DNA of 63,910 nt, filler included, from Octopus bimaculoides (taxonomy: Eukaryota): NCBI RefSeq assembly GCF_001194135.2. It is 4 parts of 4 records of this genome, joined end to end, with 100 filler letters (N's around TTAATTAATTAA, not from the genome) between each part and the next. Parts side by side here need not be neighbours in the genome. Positions count along the whole stretch, not along the records: positions 32,084 to 60,637 come from NC_068994.1; positions 60,738 to 62,641 come from NC_068983.1; 2 more parts are not named here. One strand, 5' to 3'. The notes under the pieces were generated by a model. It saw nothing but the letters and a program-made list of their open reading frames with translations. It was not told the DNA's origin and did no database searches. This document shows positions 47,859 to 61,075 of the stretch, one piece after another. Numbering within the stretch: the first letter of the stretch is position 1; each line of letters begins with the position of its first letter. Position numbers and translations under genes: made by a program.

Positions 47859-47972
47859 GTCAAGCCTTTGGGTGTCATTTGGGGAAAATTCAGCCACTGG
47901 TCAGCAAAGAATACTATCATGTTTGATGATGTCCGACGTAACTTCCTGATGAATCCACAGAGTGGTTTAAAA
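47859..47972 (+). CDS. UBLCP1: UBLCP1 coding exon 7 (MFDD motif)
   Basis: cctttcag / AAA|gtaagg. [38 protein letters not shown]. Confidence 0.97.
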
Positions 47973-48362
47973 GTAAGGAAATGCTTTTGTTTTGTATTTT
48001 TTAAACTTTAGCCAGTCTGTCATGTGACGTTGCTATTAAACCCTTTTCACTGTTATTTAAACCCTTATCAAGCAACTACAGCTATGAGCATTTTCTCTCT
48101 CTCTTCCCTTTTCTTCTCTCTCACCCCTCTTATCTCCTCTTTCGTCTCTCTTCCCTCTCTCTCCTGTTCTTCTTTCTTTTCTCTCTGCTCTCTCTTCANN
48201 NNNNNNNNTCTCTCTCTTCCCTTTTCTTCTCTCTCACCCCTCTTATCTCCTCTTTCGTCTCTCTTCCCTCTCTCTCCTGTTCTTCTTTCTTTTCTCTCTG
48301 CTCTCTCTTCACTTTCAATGTTGTTTAAATGTATTACCTCGACTATTCTCTTCTCATCTCAG

Positions 48363-48490
48363 ATCCGACCTTTCAAGTCAGCTCATGTGAACCGTAGCAC
48401 TGACCGAGAACTTCTGGAACTCTCAAAATATCTAAAGGTCATTGCACCACTTGAAGACTTCAGCCATCTGAAACATTCACACTGGGAAAG
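48363..48490 (+). CDS. UBLCP1: UBLCP1 coding exon 8
   Basis: tcatctcag / AG|gtaaac. IRPFKSAHVNRSTDRELLELSKYLKVIAPLEDFSHLKHSHWE(R). Confidence 0.96.
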
Positions 48491-48699
48491 GTAAACACCA
48501 TGTACCAATTTCAATTCTTTTTTTACAATTTAACCAATTGGGAAAATACTGGGTCTACAGCAGTGGTTCTCAACCTTTTTAGTATCTGGCCTGCATTCAA
48601 AGCCTGGTTTTCAGGGGCACACCCAAAAATATGAAACAAGTCAGGCACTTTTATGTGATGCCACATGGGAACTTTTACATGTCACCACATGGGCACTGC

Positions 48700-48950
48700 C
48701 ATGAGTGCTTTACGCCACCGAAAGTGTCGGTCTTAGCACATCTGCTGTGGAGTAAGGGTCTTCTTGAGTACGGCAAGGTGCCGGGTATCTCGGTCCTTTG
48801 TCATTTCACCCAAAAGGTTTAGCTTCCTGAGGTCACTCTTCAGTACTTCGTCCAATGTTTCCCTGTGTCTCCTACTATTATTTATTCCATCCACTTTGAG
48901 AGATCGGCACTTTATGGAGCTGTCAACACCCATCCTTGTCATATGACCAC
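48700..48950 (-). mobile_element. RTE LINE C-terminal fragment in UBLCP1 intron 8
   Basis: KCRSLKVDG...RETLDEVLKSDLRKLNL..EMTKDRD resembles the RTE ORF end. Confidence 0.7.
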
Positions 48951-49028
48951 ATAATTTCTGTCAGATAACTTCATTTTCTCTCCTACTTCTATTCTATTCA
49001 TGTCTGCAATAAATTATTTCTTTTCTAG

Positions 49029-49155
49029 ATACAAATCAAAAAGAAAGTACAATGACATAGCTTCGACATCATCAAGGTCTTCAAGTGGCAGAGAATCTCG
49101 TCATTCTAAAGACGGAAATGATCATACAACTTCACACCGAAATCAGGAAGGATAA
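49029..49155 (+). CDS. UBLCP1: UBLCP1 terminal coding exon 9
   Basis: ttttctag acceptor completes Arg. YKSKRKYNDIASTSSRSSSGRESRHSKDGNDHTTSHRNQEG*. The nine exons total 1065 nt = 354 aa plus stop. Confidence 0.85.
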
Positions 49156-49231
49156 TTTTGCTTTTTTTAATGAGTACCATTTATTTTAATTATATATATT
49201 TTTTTCAACCTCCTGTCTCTTGCAATTGTTT

Positions 49232-49237
49232 AATAAA
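49232..49237 (+). terminator. candidate polyadenylation signal of UBLCP1
   Basis: First AATAAA, about 77 nt after the stop codon. Confidence 0.45.
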
Positions 49238-51382
49238 ATATAACCAATTGTTTGGTTAAAACTGGTAAAAGATAAACCATGTGAAAACAGTCATGGTTTA
49301 ATATAATATAAAATAGAAAAAAAAAGATGATGAAAAAGAAGTTTGTATCCCAACCACATAGTTTCAGATTTAGTCTCACTATGTGGCTCCTTGGGTATTA
49401 ATATTTAAGAAAGAGAAATATATTTATTGGATATGATAATAGTAATTGAATAAATTCTAATCAGGAAAATAGGAAATATTCATAGAAATGTTAAATATAA
49501 AGCAGACAATTATATGTTTAGTTATATATTTAATGTTCTGTCATAGTTATCTCGCATTTAGAGGCTTACTGAAACTAAGATAATTATATAAATATCCTAT
49601 TTCGTTCAGTAGCAGTTAATTTCCTTCGGCTGCAATCGATCTTTGCTTTTTGCACTCATCCTCTCGTCTCTGTAGTCAATGAAATTTATACATCTATTCT
49701 GATTATTCACAGGGGTTTAGTTTCCAGAAAACACTGTGATAAATAAATCGTCTCCACATCATCGCACTTCGTAAATGGAATGATTGGTAGATTCATTGAC
49801 ACCAGACTCATGGCCCTCAGCAGTGAAGCTCTCCACAGTCACATATTTTCTTGATCATTTCTGCCTTTTCCTACAGAAGATTTACTTGTCTGCATTGTTT
49901 GTTAGGATCGGGCGTCTTCGTATTTTGGGGTTCCATGCAAATGGGTACAAGTATGTAAATCTGTGCAGAAACATATGCAGCCTCACAGCACAGTTGTGTA
50001 AACAGAAGCAGTAGTCAAAGCATTCTGAGTAGCTGAGCTTTGTGGGTGGTTGCTAGGGGGCCACATCTTTGCATTCCAAGCAGAATCTCTTGACTGATCA
50101 CTGACCCATGTTATCACAGATCAATTTGTGTTAAGTGCAACATGGTTCACAATAAAGCATGTTCAGGATAAAATACTAAAGTTGCTGTAATCAATAAAAA
50201 AAAAAGTCCTCCCCATTCCTGAGTGGGGTGGACAGTGAGTGGAAGATGATGCTCTAGCATGGCCACATCCTTATGGCTAAGATCAATAAAAGATCTTTAA
50301 CCACACTTACATTTGTTTATCTTCAAGCAAAAAGTCTAGTATGTTTTAGAGTCAAATGGTGCTTTGGTGAGTTTGCTTCTTTTTGGAAGACATTCCTAGT
50401 CATGTACCTCTTGGTTACTCTTGATGAAAGGTATTCTAGCCATGACCATTCCATCTGCTTTTTTTTTTTTTAATTTTTTTTTTTTTATAGATAAACTCTA
50501 TTCAGGACCACATCATTTAACGTTCTCTTATTTTGTTTTAGATGGCAGGGTGTGATATGCAAGAAATTTCTGCTATTTCTAGCAGGTTTGATGACCACAT
50601 ATAGGCTTCCTTGTTGACTCTAGACATCTGACTAAAAGTGAGGTGGTGCTTGTTGTTACTTGGGAATGGTCTATTGACTTACCCTCATGAAAGCAAAGCA
50701 TTCTTGCTTCCATTATCAGGAGATTGTCATTCATTGAGAATTTTCTCTCTCTCTCTCCCTCATACACACAAGGCAAAATTTTTTGTTTTAAATATGAACA
50801 GGTTTTCATTATTAGAAAGAATAAATTAATAAGTCAATGCTTTTAATCTACAAATATATGTGTGTATTTGTGTAAGAGTCAATGAGAACTTTTCTCGCCA
50901 TTTTAACAAAAAAACAAATCGTAAACAAGTCATCATTGATCAGGATGTTAATACCAAATTTAAGAAATGTGTATCTGTAAATTTACAGGCTCTTCTAACC
51001 CTCTATTTAGACATCAGTATACGAACCAGATGTCTTTGTCATAACTTATGATTGTGTGTGTGTGTGTGTGTGTGTATGAAAGAATAAGGTAGCATGCTGG
51101 ACAAAATGCCTCACAATATTTCTTCCAGCTTTATGTCCTGAGTTCAAATTCCACCAAGGATGACTTTGCTTTCATCTTTGCATACTGGCATGGGTTGGAC
51201 GGTTTGACAGAACCTGGCTAGGCTGAAGACCACCTTGCTTCGCTGTCTATTTTGGCATGGTTTTTACGGCTGTATGCCTTTCCAAACGCCAACCACTTTA
51301 CAGTGTGAACCGGATGCTTCTTACATGGCACCAGCACCGGCAGGATCACCAAGTAACTTGCAAGGCAAACATCCTTTGAGAG

Positions 51383-51424
<42 letters not shown>

Positions 51425-51935
51425 AAATTCAAATTACGGTGAACGTAAACAAAGTTTGCTTTTAGAAGCGTTGCAATGTCTTAGAAAGTTTAAAGAAGTG
51501 ATTTCATATAGGCTTCTTTCAGTTTCCATCTCCCAAATCTATATCATGTAACCATAGGAAATTTGCCCTCACTGAATTTCATTTAATCCATGTAAGCCCT
51601 GAAAAGTAAATGCTCATGCAATGATGATGATGATAAAAACACACACACACACACACACATGTTCGTTATTTGGATGCAAAAATATAATTATGATGATATC
51701 CACCCTCTTGCCCAGCTCTAAAAAGGTTTTTTTTTATAAATGTAAGAAAAATTATCTTTTCACACAAGAACAATCAATTTTATTTTCCTTTCACTTCTTT
51801 CTTCCATTTCACTCAGTTTAAATTAACAATTTTCATACCAGATTTGTGTTTGTGTTTTATTTTTGGTGCTTGTACCTCTCTTTCATTATGCCTTCATTTT
51901 TCCCCTTTATCTCTCTCTTTCACCATATATATTCA

Positions 51936-51975
<40 letters not shown>

Positions 51976-52120
51976 GAAGGGCATCCAGCTGTAGAAACTC
52001 TGCCAAATTAGATTGGACCCTGGTGTTGCCATCCGGTTTCACCAGTCCTCACTCAAATCGTCCAACCCATGCTAGCATGGAAAGCGGACGTTAAACGATG
52101 ATGATGATGATGATGATGAT

Positions 52121-52151
<31 letters not shown>

Positions 52152-52631
52152 NNNNNNNNNNNNNNNNNNNNNNNNNNNNNNNNNNNNNNNNNNNNNNNNN
52201 NNNNNNNNNNNNNNNNNNNNNNNNNNNNNNNNNNNNNNNNNNNNNNNNNNNNNNNNNNNNNNNNNNNNNNNNNNNNNNNNNNNNNNNNNNNNNNNNNNNN
52301 NNNNNNNNNNNNNNNNNNNNNNNNNNNNNNNNNNNNNNNNNNNNNNNNNNNNNNNNNNNNNNNNNNNNNNNNNNNNNNNNNNNNNNNNNNNNNNNNNNNN
52401 NNNNNNNNNNNNNNNNNNNNNNNNNNNNNNNNNNNNNNNNNNNNNNNNNNNNNNNNNNNNNNNNNNNNNNNNNNNNNNNNNNNNNNNNNNNNNNNNNNNN
52501 NNNNNNNNNNNNNNNNNNNNNNNNNNNNNNNNNNNNNNNNNNNNNNNNNNNNNNNNNNNNNNNNNNNNNNNNNNNNNNNNNNNNNNNNNNNNNNNNNNNN
52601 NNNNNNNNNNNNNNNNNNNNNTATATATATA

Positions 52632-52819
52632 TATTTGTGTATTAAGGCTACCATTGGTTTCATGTTAAGAAAAGTATCTTAATATCTTAACAATTTTTCA
52701 AGCCAGTTACATGGAAGAATGGTGTTTGTTTGCATTCGTCCATGTGATTGGCTTGAAAAATTAAGATACTAAGATATTTTTCTTAACATGAAACCAATGG
52801 TAGCCTCAATACACAAATA
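52632..52819. mobile_element. foldback MITE (near-complete hairpin)
   Basis: About 85-bp inverted arms tatttgtgtattaaggctaccattggtttcatgttaagaaaa... / ...ttttcttaacatgaaaccaatggtagcctcaatacacaaata. Confidence 0.75.
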
Positions 52820-53699
52820 AAGAAATTTTGTCCGCCAATGCAATGTTGAGCCCTCATTCTCATTGTTTGACACACACACACACACACGCATATATATATA
52901 TTTATATTCTTGTAATCCTTTCGTTCTCTCTCTCTCTCTCTCTTCCTGTCTCTCATTAGACAAGGTTATACATCCTCAAGTACCTTTCTGCTAAAAATAT
53001 GAAGCAATACCAAATGCCTAAATTTGTGGCTGGAGAAATATATTGAGAAATGTAAATATGTGTAGCTATAGAGTAATAAAGATTTCATTGCTATCATTTG
53101 AAAATTCTCTTGTTGCTGTTATTTAGTCACAGATCAGATCAACCCTGATCATAAGACATTCCAAATATGACCATCCAGTCTTTTATTAAGACACTGCATC
53201 TCGTACTATATTATCCAGTGTGGCCTTCGCTTAAAAAAAGTATTTTTTTAAAGGCAGCCAGGTTGCTTTTTCTATCAGTAAGTATATTGTCACTCCTTGT
53301 TGTGATGACAGATACAGTAAAACTGGTTCTCAACTGGGGTTCATATGACCTTTGGTGGTCCACATGGCTCTTGGGTGTCCATATTAGATTTTGTTGTTAA
53401 AATTTATCTGCAATAAATCAGTTATACTCCTACAATACATAAAATATTTTAACAATTTTTTTTTTTTTATACAATTCCTAATTATATTTTATCATAGAAA
53501 TATAATAATATAATAATTTTCTAACCCTTCAGCATTTAAACTAGCCATATCTGGCCTAAATATTTTACCTGTTTTATGTTCAAACCAGCTAGATCTGGCT
53601 TTTTAAACAAGTCTTACAATGTCATTCTAAAAATAAACAATCACATTTGTTGAAACTGCAAAGCCACGAGATAATGCATGATCAATTCAGAACAATGTC

Positions 53700-54035
53700 A
53701 ATCAATAGGGCTAAAAGGGCAAAGACCCCTTTCAGTCATGACTGGCCATGGGATTGCACCTAGAAAGTTCCCCTCCGAGGCACAAGTCCGGGCAAATTTG
53801 TTTATGGAAGACCAGCAGTTGCCCATGCATACCAGCCTCCCCTCTCCATGCCACCAATATTATCCAAAGGAAAGGCAAAGGTTGATGCCGCAACTCATTT
53901 CTACAGTTGAGTGAACTGGAGCAACGTGAAATAAAGTGTCTTGCTCAAGAACACAACACACAGCCCAGTCCGGGAATCAAACTCGCTACCTCATGATTGT
54001 GAGCTTGACGCTCTAACCACTGTGCTACATGCCTG
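53700..54035 (-). mobile_element. tRNA-derived SINE
   Basis: Minus-strand tRNA-like head at about 53960-54035, followed by gttcttgagcaagacacttt core. Confidence 0.65.
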
Positions 54036-55689
54036 TGAATAAATAAGCATTACATTTGACAGAGTAATCTGAATGGTAAAGGGTTGAATATTGAATATCT
54101 AGGAGCATCCACCCAAGTGAAATAGGGATCAAAAGGGTCCATAGCTAAAAAAATGGTTGAGAACCACTGCAGTAGTGTTGCACAAAATACCTTGCAGTAT
54201 TTAGTTAGACTTTGATTTGAAACATTTTGAGGATTGACTTTGCTTTTCATCCCTCTTGTGGTCAATAAAATAACTGGCACTCCCATCAATTAGAGTGATG
54301 AGGGTTCCAGTTGAACTGATCAACAGAACAGCCTGTTTATGAAATTAGTATGTAAGTGGCTGAGCACTCCACAGACACGTGTATCCTTAACGTAGTTCTC
54401 AGGGAGATTCAGTGTGATGAGGCTGGACCCTTTGAAATAGAAGTATAAATCATTTTTGCTGGCTGAGTGGACTGGAGCAACATGAAATAGAAGGTCTTGC
54501 TCAAGGACACAATGCAATGCTGGGAATTGAACTCCTGACCTTATGATTGCAAGCTGAATACCCTAACCACTAAGCTATGTGCCTTCACCAATACCAATGT
54601 ACTAATGGTATACTCTGAAGTCAGTTTAATCAAATACACACTTTGCCCCTAATTTGTAACCCGTTTTCCTCTTCCAGAGTCATCGTTAAATGGTGGGGGG
54701 CATGGCTATGTGGTTAAAGAAGTTTGCTTTTCAACCACAAGATTTCAGATTCAGTTCTGCTATGCAGCACTTTGGCCAAGCGTCTTCTACTATATCCTGG
54801 GCTGACCAATTTCAACAAATTTGGCAGTTTCAACAAATGTGAGTGAATTTGGTAGCTGATTGTACGTATGTGGACCCATGCAGTTGCTGGGTGGCAAAGG
54901 CCTCGGCAATGTCGGGAAGATGATTTAGTCAAACAATTTGGGCCAAAGAATCAAGAAGGAATTGAAAGTGCATTGTGACTATCAATGTATAACATCATCT
55001 GATGGTCTGGTGAAGCCTCTTGCCTGGCACACAACCACTTACCTCAGTTCCACTCCTTCTTTCAACCAAATGGTCTTTGTCTGGCATCTTACTTGGCAAC
55101 CGCACTGGGGCTGGTGCCACATAAAAAGCACCTAGTACACTCTGTTAAGTGGTTGGTGTTAGGAAGGGCATCCAGCCATAAAAACCATGCCAAAACAGAC
55201 AACTGGAGCCTGGTGCAGCTTTCCAGCTGGTCACATCCTATCAAATCATCCAACCCATTGCCAGCAAGGAAAACAGACATTAAATGATGATGATGATGTG
55301 TCTGTTTGAGTATGTTTACATATCTATCTGTTTGTGAGAATATTTACATCATGCAATCACTGAGCTGTAGACAGTTTTACCATCGAGAGGTAAATATATA
55401 TTTTTTTTACAAGTGTTATCATCATTTCCCTGTTAACAAATCATCTTGTACTTCCAAAGCTGACTTGAAGATAATTTCTCTTCCTTGAAAAACGTCAAAA
55501 ACCAGGTATGGGTTATTGGCATAAAAGGCTCTGGTTGAATCTCGATTAGGTTTTTTTTTTTCTTGTTGGTCAGTTATTTTTAGCGTTTTGACAGGAAAAA
55601 ACTCATTCTAAAATTATTTTTTGACGTAAGCGTGCTCAAATAAATCGAATGCTTACACAGAACAGGTTTTACACCCACATCATCCAGAC

Positions 55690-55720
55690 CAACCGGGTGA
55701 AACCGGGCTTAGCTGCTAGT
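55690..55720 (+). mobile_element. Helitron-type 3' terminus
   Basis: GC hairpin CCGG-GTGAAA-CCGG followed about 10 nt later by CTAG and T. Confidence 0.5.
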
Positions 55721-55749
55721 ATATATATATATATATGTATATTGCCAAG

Positions 55750-56218
55750 ATGAAGTGCCACACCCTAACAGTTGAGGGAACCCATGGAAGAGGCAGGCCC
55801 AGGAAGACCTGGGCTGAGGTGGTGAGGCAAGACCTTTGAACATTGGGCCTCACCGAGGCGATGACTACTGACCGAGACCTTTGGAAATATGCTGTGCGTG
55901 AGAAAACCTGGCAAGCCAAGTGAGACCAAGTGAGATCGTTGCCAGTGCCCCTGGACTGGCTCTTGTGCGGGTGGCACATAAAAGACACCATTTTGAGCAT
56001 GGCCGTTGCCAGTACTGCCTGACTGGCCTTCGTGCGGGTGGCATGTAAAAGCACCCACTACACTCTCAGAGTGGTTGGCGTTAGGAAGGGCATCCAGCTG
56101 TAGAAACTCTGCCAAATTAGATTGGAGCCTGGTGTTGCCATCTGGTTTCACCAGTCCTCAGTCAAATCGTCCAACCCATGCTAGCATGGAAAGCGGACGT
56201 TAAACGATGATGATGATG
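55750..56218 (+). mobile_element. 5'-truncated RTE LINE (ORF C-terminus, 3' UTR and GAT tail)
   Basis: MKCHTLTVEGTHGRGRPRKTWAEVVRQDL*TLGLTEAMTTDRDLWKYAVREKTWQAK*, then the family 3' UTR and (GAT)n. Confidence 0.9.
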
Positions 56219-58350
56219 TTTGTGTGTCTGCGTTTGTTTCCCTACCATCGCTTGACAACCGATGCTGGTGTTTTTACATCACTGTAACCTAGCAGTTCGG
56301 CAAAAGGGAATGATAGAATAAATACTAGACTTACAAAGAATAAATTCTGGGGTCAGTTTGTTCGACTAAAGGCGGTGCTCCAGCATGGCTACAGTCAAAT
56401 GACTGAAATAAATAAAAGAATATGTAGAGAGAGAGAGAGAGTACTGTTCTCTGATAGTAATATTAACAAAAATAGTATCTGTCTGGGGAGAGATAAATAT
56501 TATTTAATAAACACAATATATATTTTTATGAGCTAATAGTTTCATGCAATGAAAACATCTCAGACTGCATTTTTTAACACGTCTGGTGCCTTCACGCAAT
56601 CCTCAGGCTATGCCCACATGGCATAACAAGCTCTATGTGTGTGCGTGGGTGCGTCTATGGATACCCATGCATGCGTGTGTGCGCGAGCATGCACACGCAC
56701 ATACACACACACATACACACAAATACATATACAAAAATAAAGTGAGAGTCCCACTTTATTCTCTGAGTTCAAATGCTGCAAGGGGTTGACTTTGCTTTCA
56801 TTCCATAGAATTCGATAAAAATAGGTACCAGTTGAGCTGGTCTCACGAAACTGCTGGATTTGTGCCTAAATTGGGAACCAATTTAAGATACGTGTGTGTG
56901 GTTGGTGTGCGCACGTACATACGTGTGTACAAGAATATGTATTGAAATGGCAGGATGTGGCTGTTGGGAGAGAATTGGCGTTTATTTCTAGCAATTCGTG
57001 CGACCACCTTAAAGTTTCCTCATTTTAACATAGGTAACTCGAGGTTCTAGTAATAGCGAAATAAGTTAAACATATAGGCTACAAAATAAAAAAAGAAAGA
57101 AAAACAAAAAGAAATAAAAGATATCTTGATATTAGTCTACCTACAACACTATCATATTTAGTTTGATCTGTAATTGATAATTAGCTGATCTATGAAATGT
57201 TTTCGCGTAAAACTGTTATAAACATCACATTCAAATTCACACAAACACCTGTGAAAAAATACGGCTTGACAGGGTTTTAAAATTATTATTTTTTTTTTTT
57301 TTTCAGAACAGAAAGAAAGCTTAGAACATCTTATATTGTTCTTTCAGATAGTTTTTATCCGTCAAAAACTTGAAGCTATTGTCCCGCACTCGACATAGTG
57401 GCTAATTTGTTTGCTTAACCCAATATAAACGCTAGGGAATATTTAGTAAAAACTGGAACTAACTTTGACAATTGACAGGTATCATATTAAGAGGCCCCTC
57501 CTCTTTAACTTATATCATATTTTCTCTCTTTCTCCCCAACTTATTCTTCTTGCGAATTACATTCAACTCACTACCCCCTAAGTATTTAGAATCATTCCTA
57601 ATTACATAGGAAATTGATTAAATTTTAATGGAAACAAAGAATAAAGTATTAAAAAGCATATAAGTAATTAAATAAATGGTTAGCTTCGCAAATAAATTCA
57701 AGGGACGTAATTTTCTAAATGAAGGAAAAAAAACGGAAACAAAAGGTGAAATGTTCAGTATTCTCATAGAACACTCAACCGTCGTTTTCTTATCAAATGA
57801 CTTGTTTAGAATAATTAAAATATTTTTAAAATTTTACTTTTTTCCCCATATTTTCGTAAACTGTGAAGATTTTCCCCCAATGAAATATACACGATGAACA
57901 GTAATATTTTCCTAGAATTTTATAGACGAGGAATTATTCTCAGGTGACACCGTTTCAATAGAAGAAGGCAAATAAATGTATTGAATAAAAACGATGATGA
58001 CCAGATAAGTTAAATTGCTGATTTCCGACGATCGTTTACTCCAGGTATTATCATTTGTTTACTGTAAAAGCTTTCGCTTTACGTCCTTAAACTATTCTTT
58101 CTAATACTTTTTTCTTCGTCGTGAATATTTAACCTAATTAAAAAAAAAAAATTCAGTAACTAACGACGTTTTCATATCTTCTTCATGTCATACACTCCTG
58201 TTTAATTGTTGCTCTCTGATTAATTATTCTAAAGAATTCTATGTATCTAACGTGAATATACATGTAGATATATCAATTTCTGTATGTCCACATTAAGTCA
58301 GATATACGGAATGCTATTATTAACCAATATTGCTTCCGTCGCTAATCACG

Positions 58351-58446
58351 TATAAAAGTCTTAATTAAAAGGGCTAAAATAAGAGTAATTAAACAGAAAG
58401 CTGTTTAATTACTCTTATTTTAGCCCTTTTAATTAAGACTTTTATA
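58351..58446. repeat. perfect 46-bp inverted repeat with 4-nt loop
   Basis: TATAAAAGTCTTAATTAAAAGGGCTAAAATAAGAGTAATTAAACAG-AAAG-exact reverse complement. Confidence 0.97.
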
Positions 58447-60637
58447 AGCAAAGTATTTATTTAGACAACGTATTTTCACTCAGATTAAACCCCCCTTATT
58501 TCTCTTACGAAAAGAAATAATTATGAACCATTTAATATATCAATATTTCTAAGAGATAACTGATTTATAAGTAACAGCTTTTACAGACAATTAACTCCAT
58601 TTATACCCTTTTATATATACTCTCTATTATATTTCGGAAAATACATTCAGCGCGTTTGCAAAATACCCTATTTCAAATGAGAAATATCTATATCGCATTT
58701 CCTCCCCACCACCTCTGGGATTGAACTTAAAAACTATTAACTCTGGTGTAGGTTTTCAACACTATTGTACACTATAGTGCACTTATTTAGTACGACTACA
58801 GCTTCTTCTATACGAGATTAGTTCTAAAGGATAATTCGCTGAAGTGGATTGCCGTAATTTCTGTTCAGTTCTTTTGATGATCATAAAAATATATATGATT
58901 TAGTCATAAATCCTATTGTTTAAAAAGTAAATCACATTGAAAATAGGCGCGTTTTTTTTTTAAATCTTAAAGAATGGAGAATTTTCCTTTCGCACGATTT
59001 CATTTGCTTTTTATTCGTATTTCTTTCCATTTCACATCAAAATATTTACTAGAAAAGAGTTTGCCAACTGTCATATATTACTAATTCATGCGTAACAAAC
59101 ACACACACACACTATATATATATATATATATATATGCGTAATTTATGTATGTATATTTTATATACTCATACTTATGTATATGTATATATAGGTATGAGTG
59201 GGTGGGTGTGTATTGAAAAGTTGATATTTCAGACGAGATAACATAAGTTAACCTTGGTTTAGAACTTCATGTAAATCCTTGTATATCCAGTGTAAAGATT
59301 ATGCAATCTCTGGTTTCTAATAAAACATATTTTGTATCCAAATCTCTGGTTTTATTCTACTCTCATATATGTGTGCATTCTTTCTTTTATTTTTTCATTG
59401 ATTTCAGCCAGGGGCTCTGACCATGTTGGAGCACCATCATTAGCATTAATGCTACTTTATTTTAGACACTTTATGTCCCCGTAACTTAGCGGTTCGACAA
59501 AAGAGACCGATAGAATAAGTACTAGGCTTACAAAGAATAAATCCTGGGGTCGATTTGTTCGACTAAAGGCAATGCTCCAGCATGGCCGCTGTCAAATGAC
59601 TGAAACAAATAAGAAAATATATATATAAACAGAAAATAAAGGAAATCACAAATGCAGGAGTCTGTGAATGCAGCTTTGAAAATCGGCCCAGTTACTCTTT
59701 TGAAGACGGGGAAAAAGTGGTTGATAAGCCTGCAGGGTTTGTTTCTCTGTAGAGACTTTTTTCCCGTCTTCTAAAGAGTATTTATCCAATTTTCTAAGCT
59801 GTCTTCACAGCCTTCCTGAGTTTGAGAATCCCTTTATCTTCTGTAGAATACTGATACAATTCAGAGATTATAAGTTTGTTTCCAATATATATATATGTGT
59901 GTGTGTGTGTGTGCCAGTTATGAAACACTGGTGTTGGTCACGACTGTGATCTTACTTGGCTTGACAAGTCTTCTCAAGCACGGCATTTGGTGATATACCG
60001 TGCTTGAGAAGACCTGTCGAGCCAAGTTTTTTTATCGTAGTCATGGCTGATGCCGGTGGCATGTAAAAAGCACCCACTTTATTCCTGGAGTGGTTTGCAT
60101 CAGGAAGGGCATCCAGCCGTAGAAAACCATGCCGAATCAGATTGGAACCTGGTGCAGCTTACCAGTTTTTCAGTCAAATCGTCCAACCCATGCCAGCATG
60201 GAAAACGGACATTAAATGATGACAATGATCTGTATGTGTATATATATGATGCAGCACAGAATTTTGTCAGTGAACAGGTCGCGAAAATATTTTGACAAAT
60301 TAAATTTAAATGTTGAAGTGAATCTAACGGATTTTGTGTGTTATTTTAAATGGCTTATAAACACCTTCCACGCTGCAATTGTTTTCGTTCCAGCACACGA
60401 TCTCAGATCAGGTCACTTGCTATGTAAGTACATCTCCGTAATATATATATATCAGCCTTCACTAGCTTGCATAAAATCAGCCTCTTTGAACTTCGTCCAA
60501 CCCAAGCAAGCATGGAAAAGTGGACATTAATATGATGTTGATGGATGGTGATGATGATATATCACGCATGCATGCACAAAATCGTTATTCATTTATTTAT
60601 TTATTTATTTATTGCAGATTTTCTGAAACCTTTTATT

Positions 60638-60737
60638 NNNNNNNNNNNNNNNNNNNNNNNNNNNNNNNNNNNNNNNNNNNNTTAATTAATTAANNNNNNN
60701 NNNNNNNNNNNNNNNNNNNNNNNNNNNNNNNNNNNNN
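60638..60737. other. assembly join with six-frame-stop linker
   Basis: 44 N + TTAATTAATTAA + 44 N. Confidence 0.95.
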
Positions 60738-61043
60738 GTATGTATGTATGCATGTATGCTCTTACACATTGATTGGTATGTGTTGTCCAACCCACTATCC
60801 GGCAGCGTCCAATTCTCTAACGGTTTTTTTCAAATGAATCAAGTCATAACCTTATCCATCTATTGTTTTCATAATCGGTCATAATGTCTTACGTTTAAGA
60901 TGATTCCCATGCTTTCCCTGATGAGAAGGTTACAATTTTAATATCAAAGATCCCTATGGATCACACAGGTTGTAATCCTTTGAAACATATGTAGGAATAA
61001 AGTATGCAATTATAACATGCGTTTTCTCCAATCCTTAAATTCT

Positions 61044-61075
<32 letters not shown>

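Noticed and set aside
48086-48310. Tandem duplication of a CT-rich tract before UBLCP1 exon 8
   Set aside because: Again split by a short N gap, so probably an assembly artefact.
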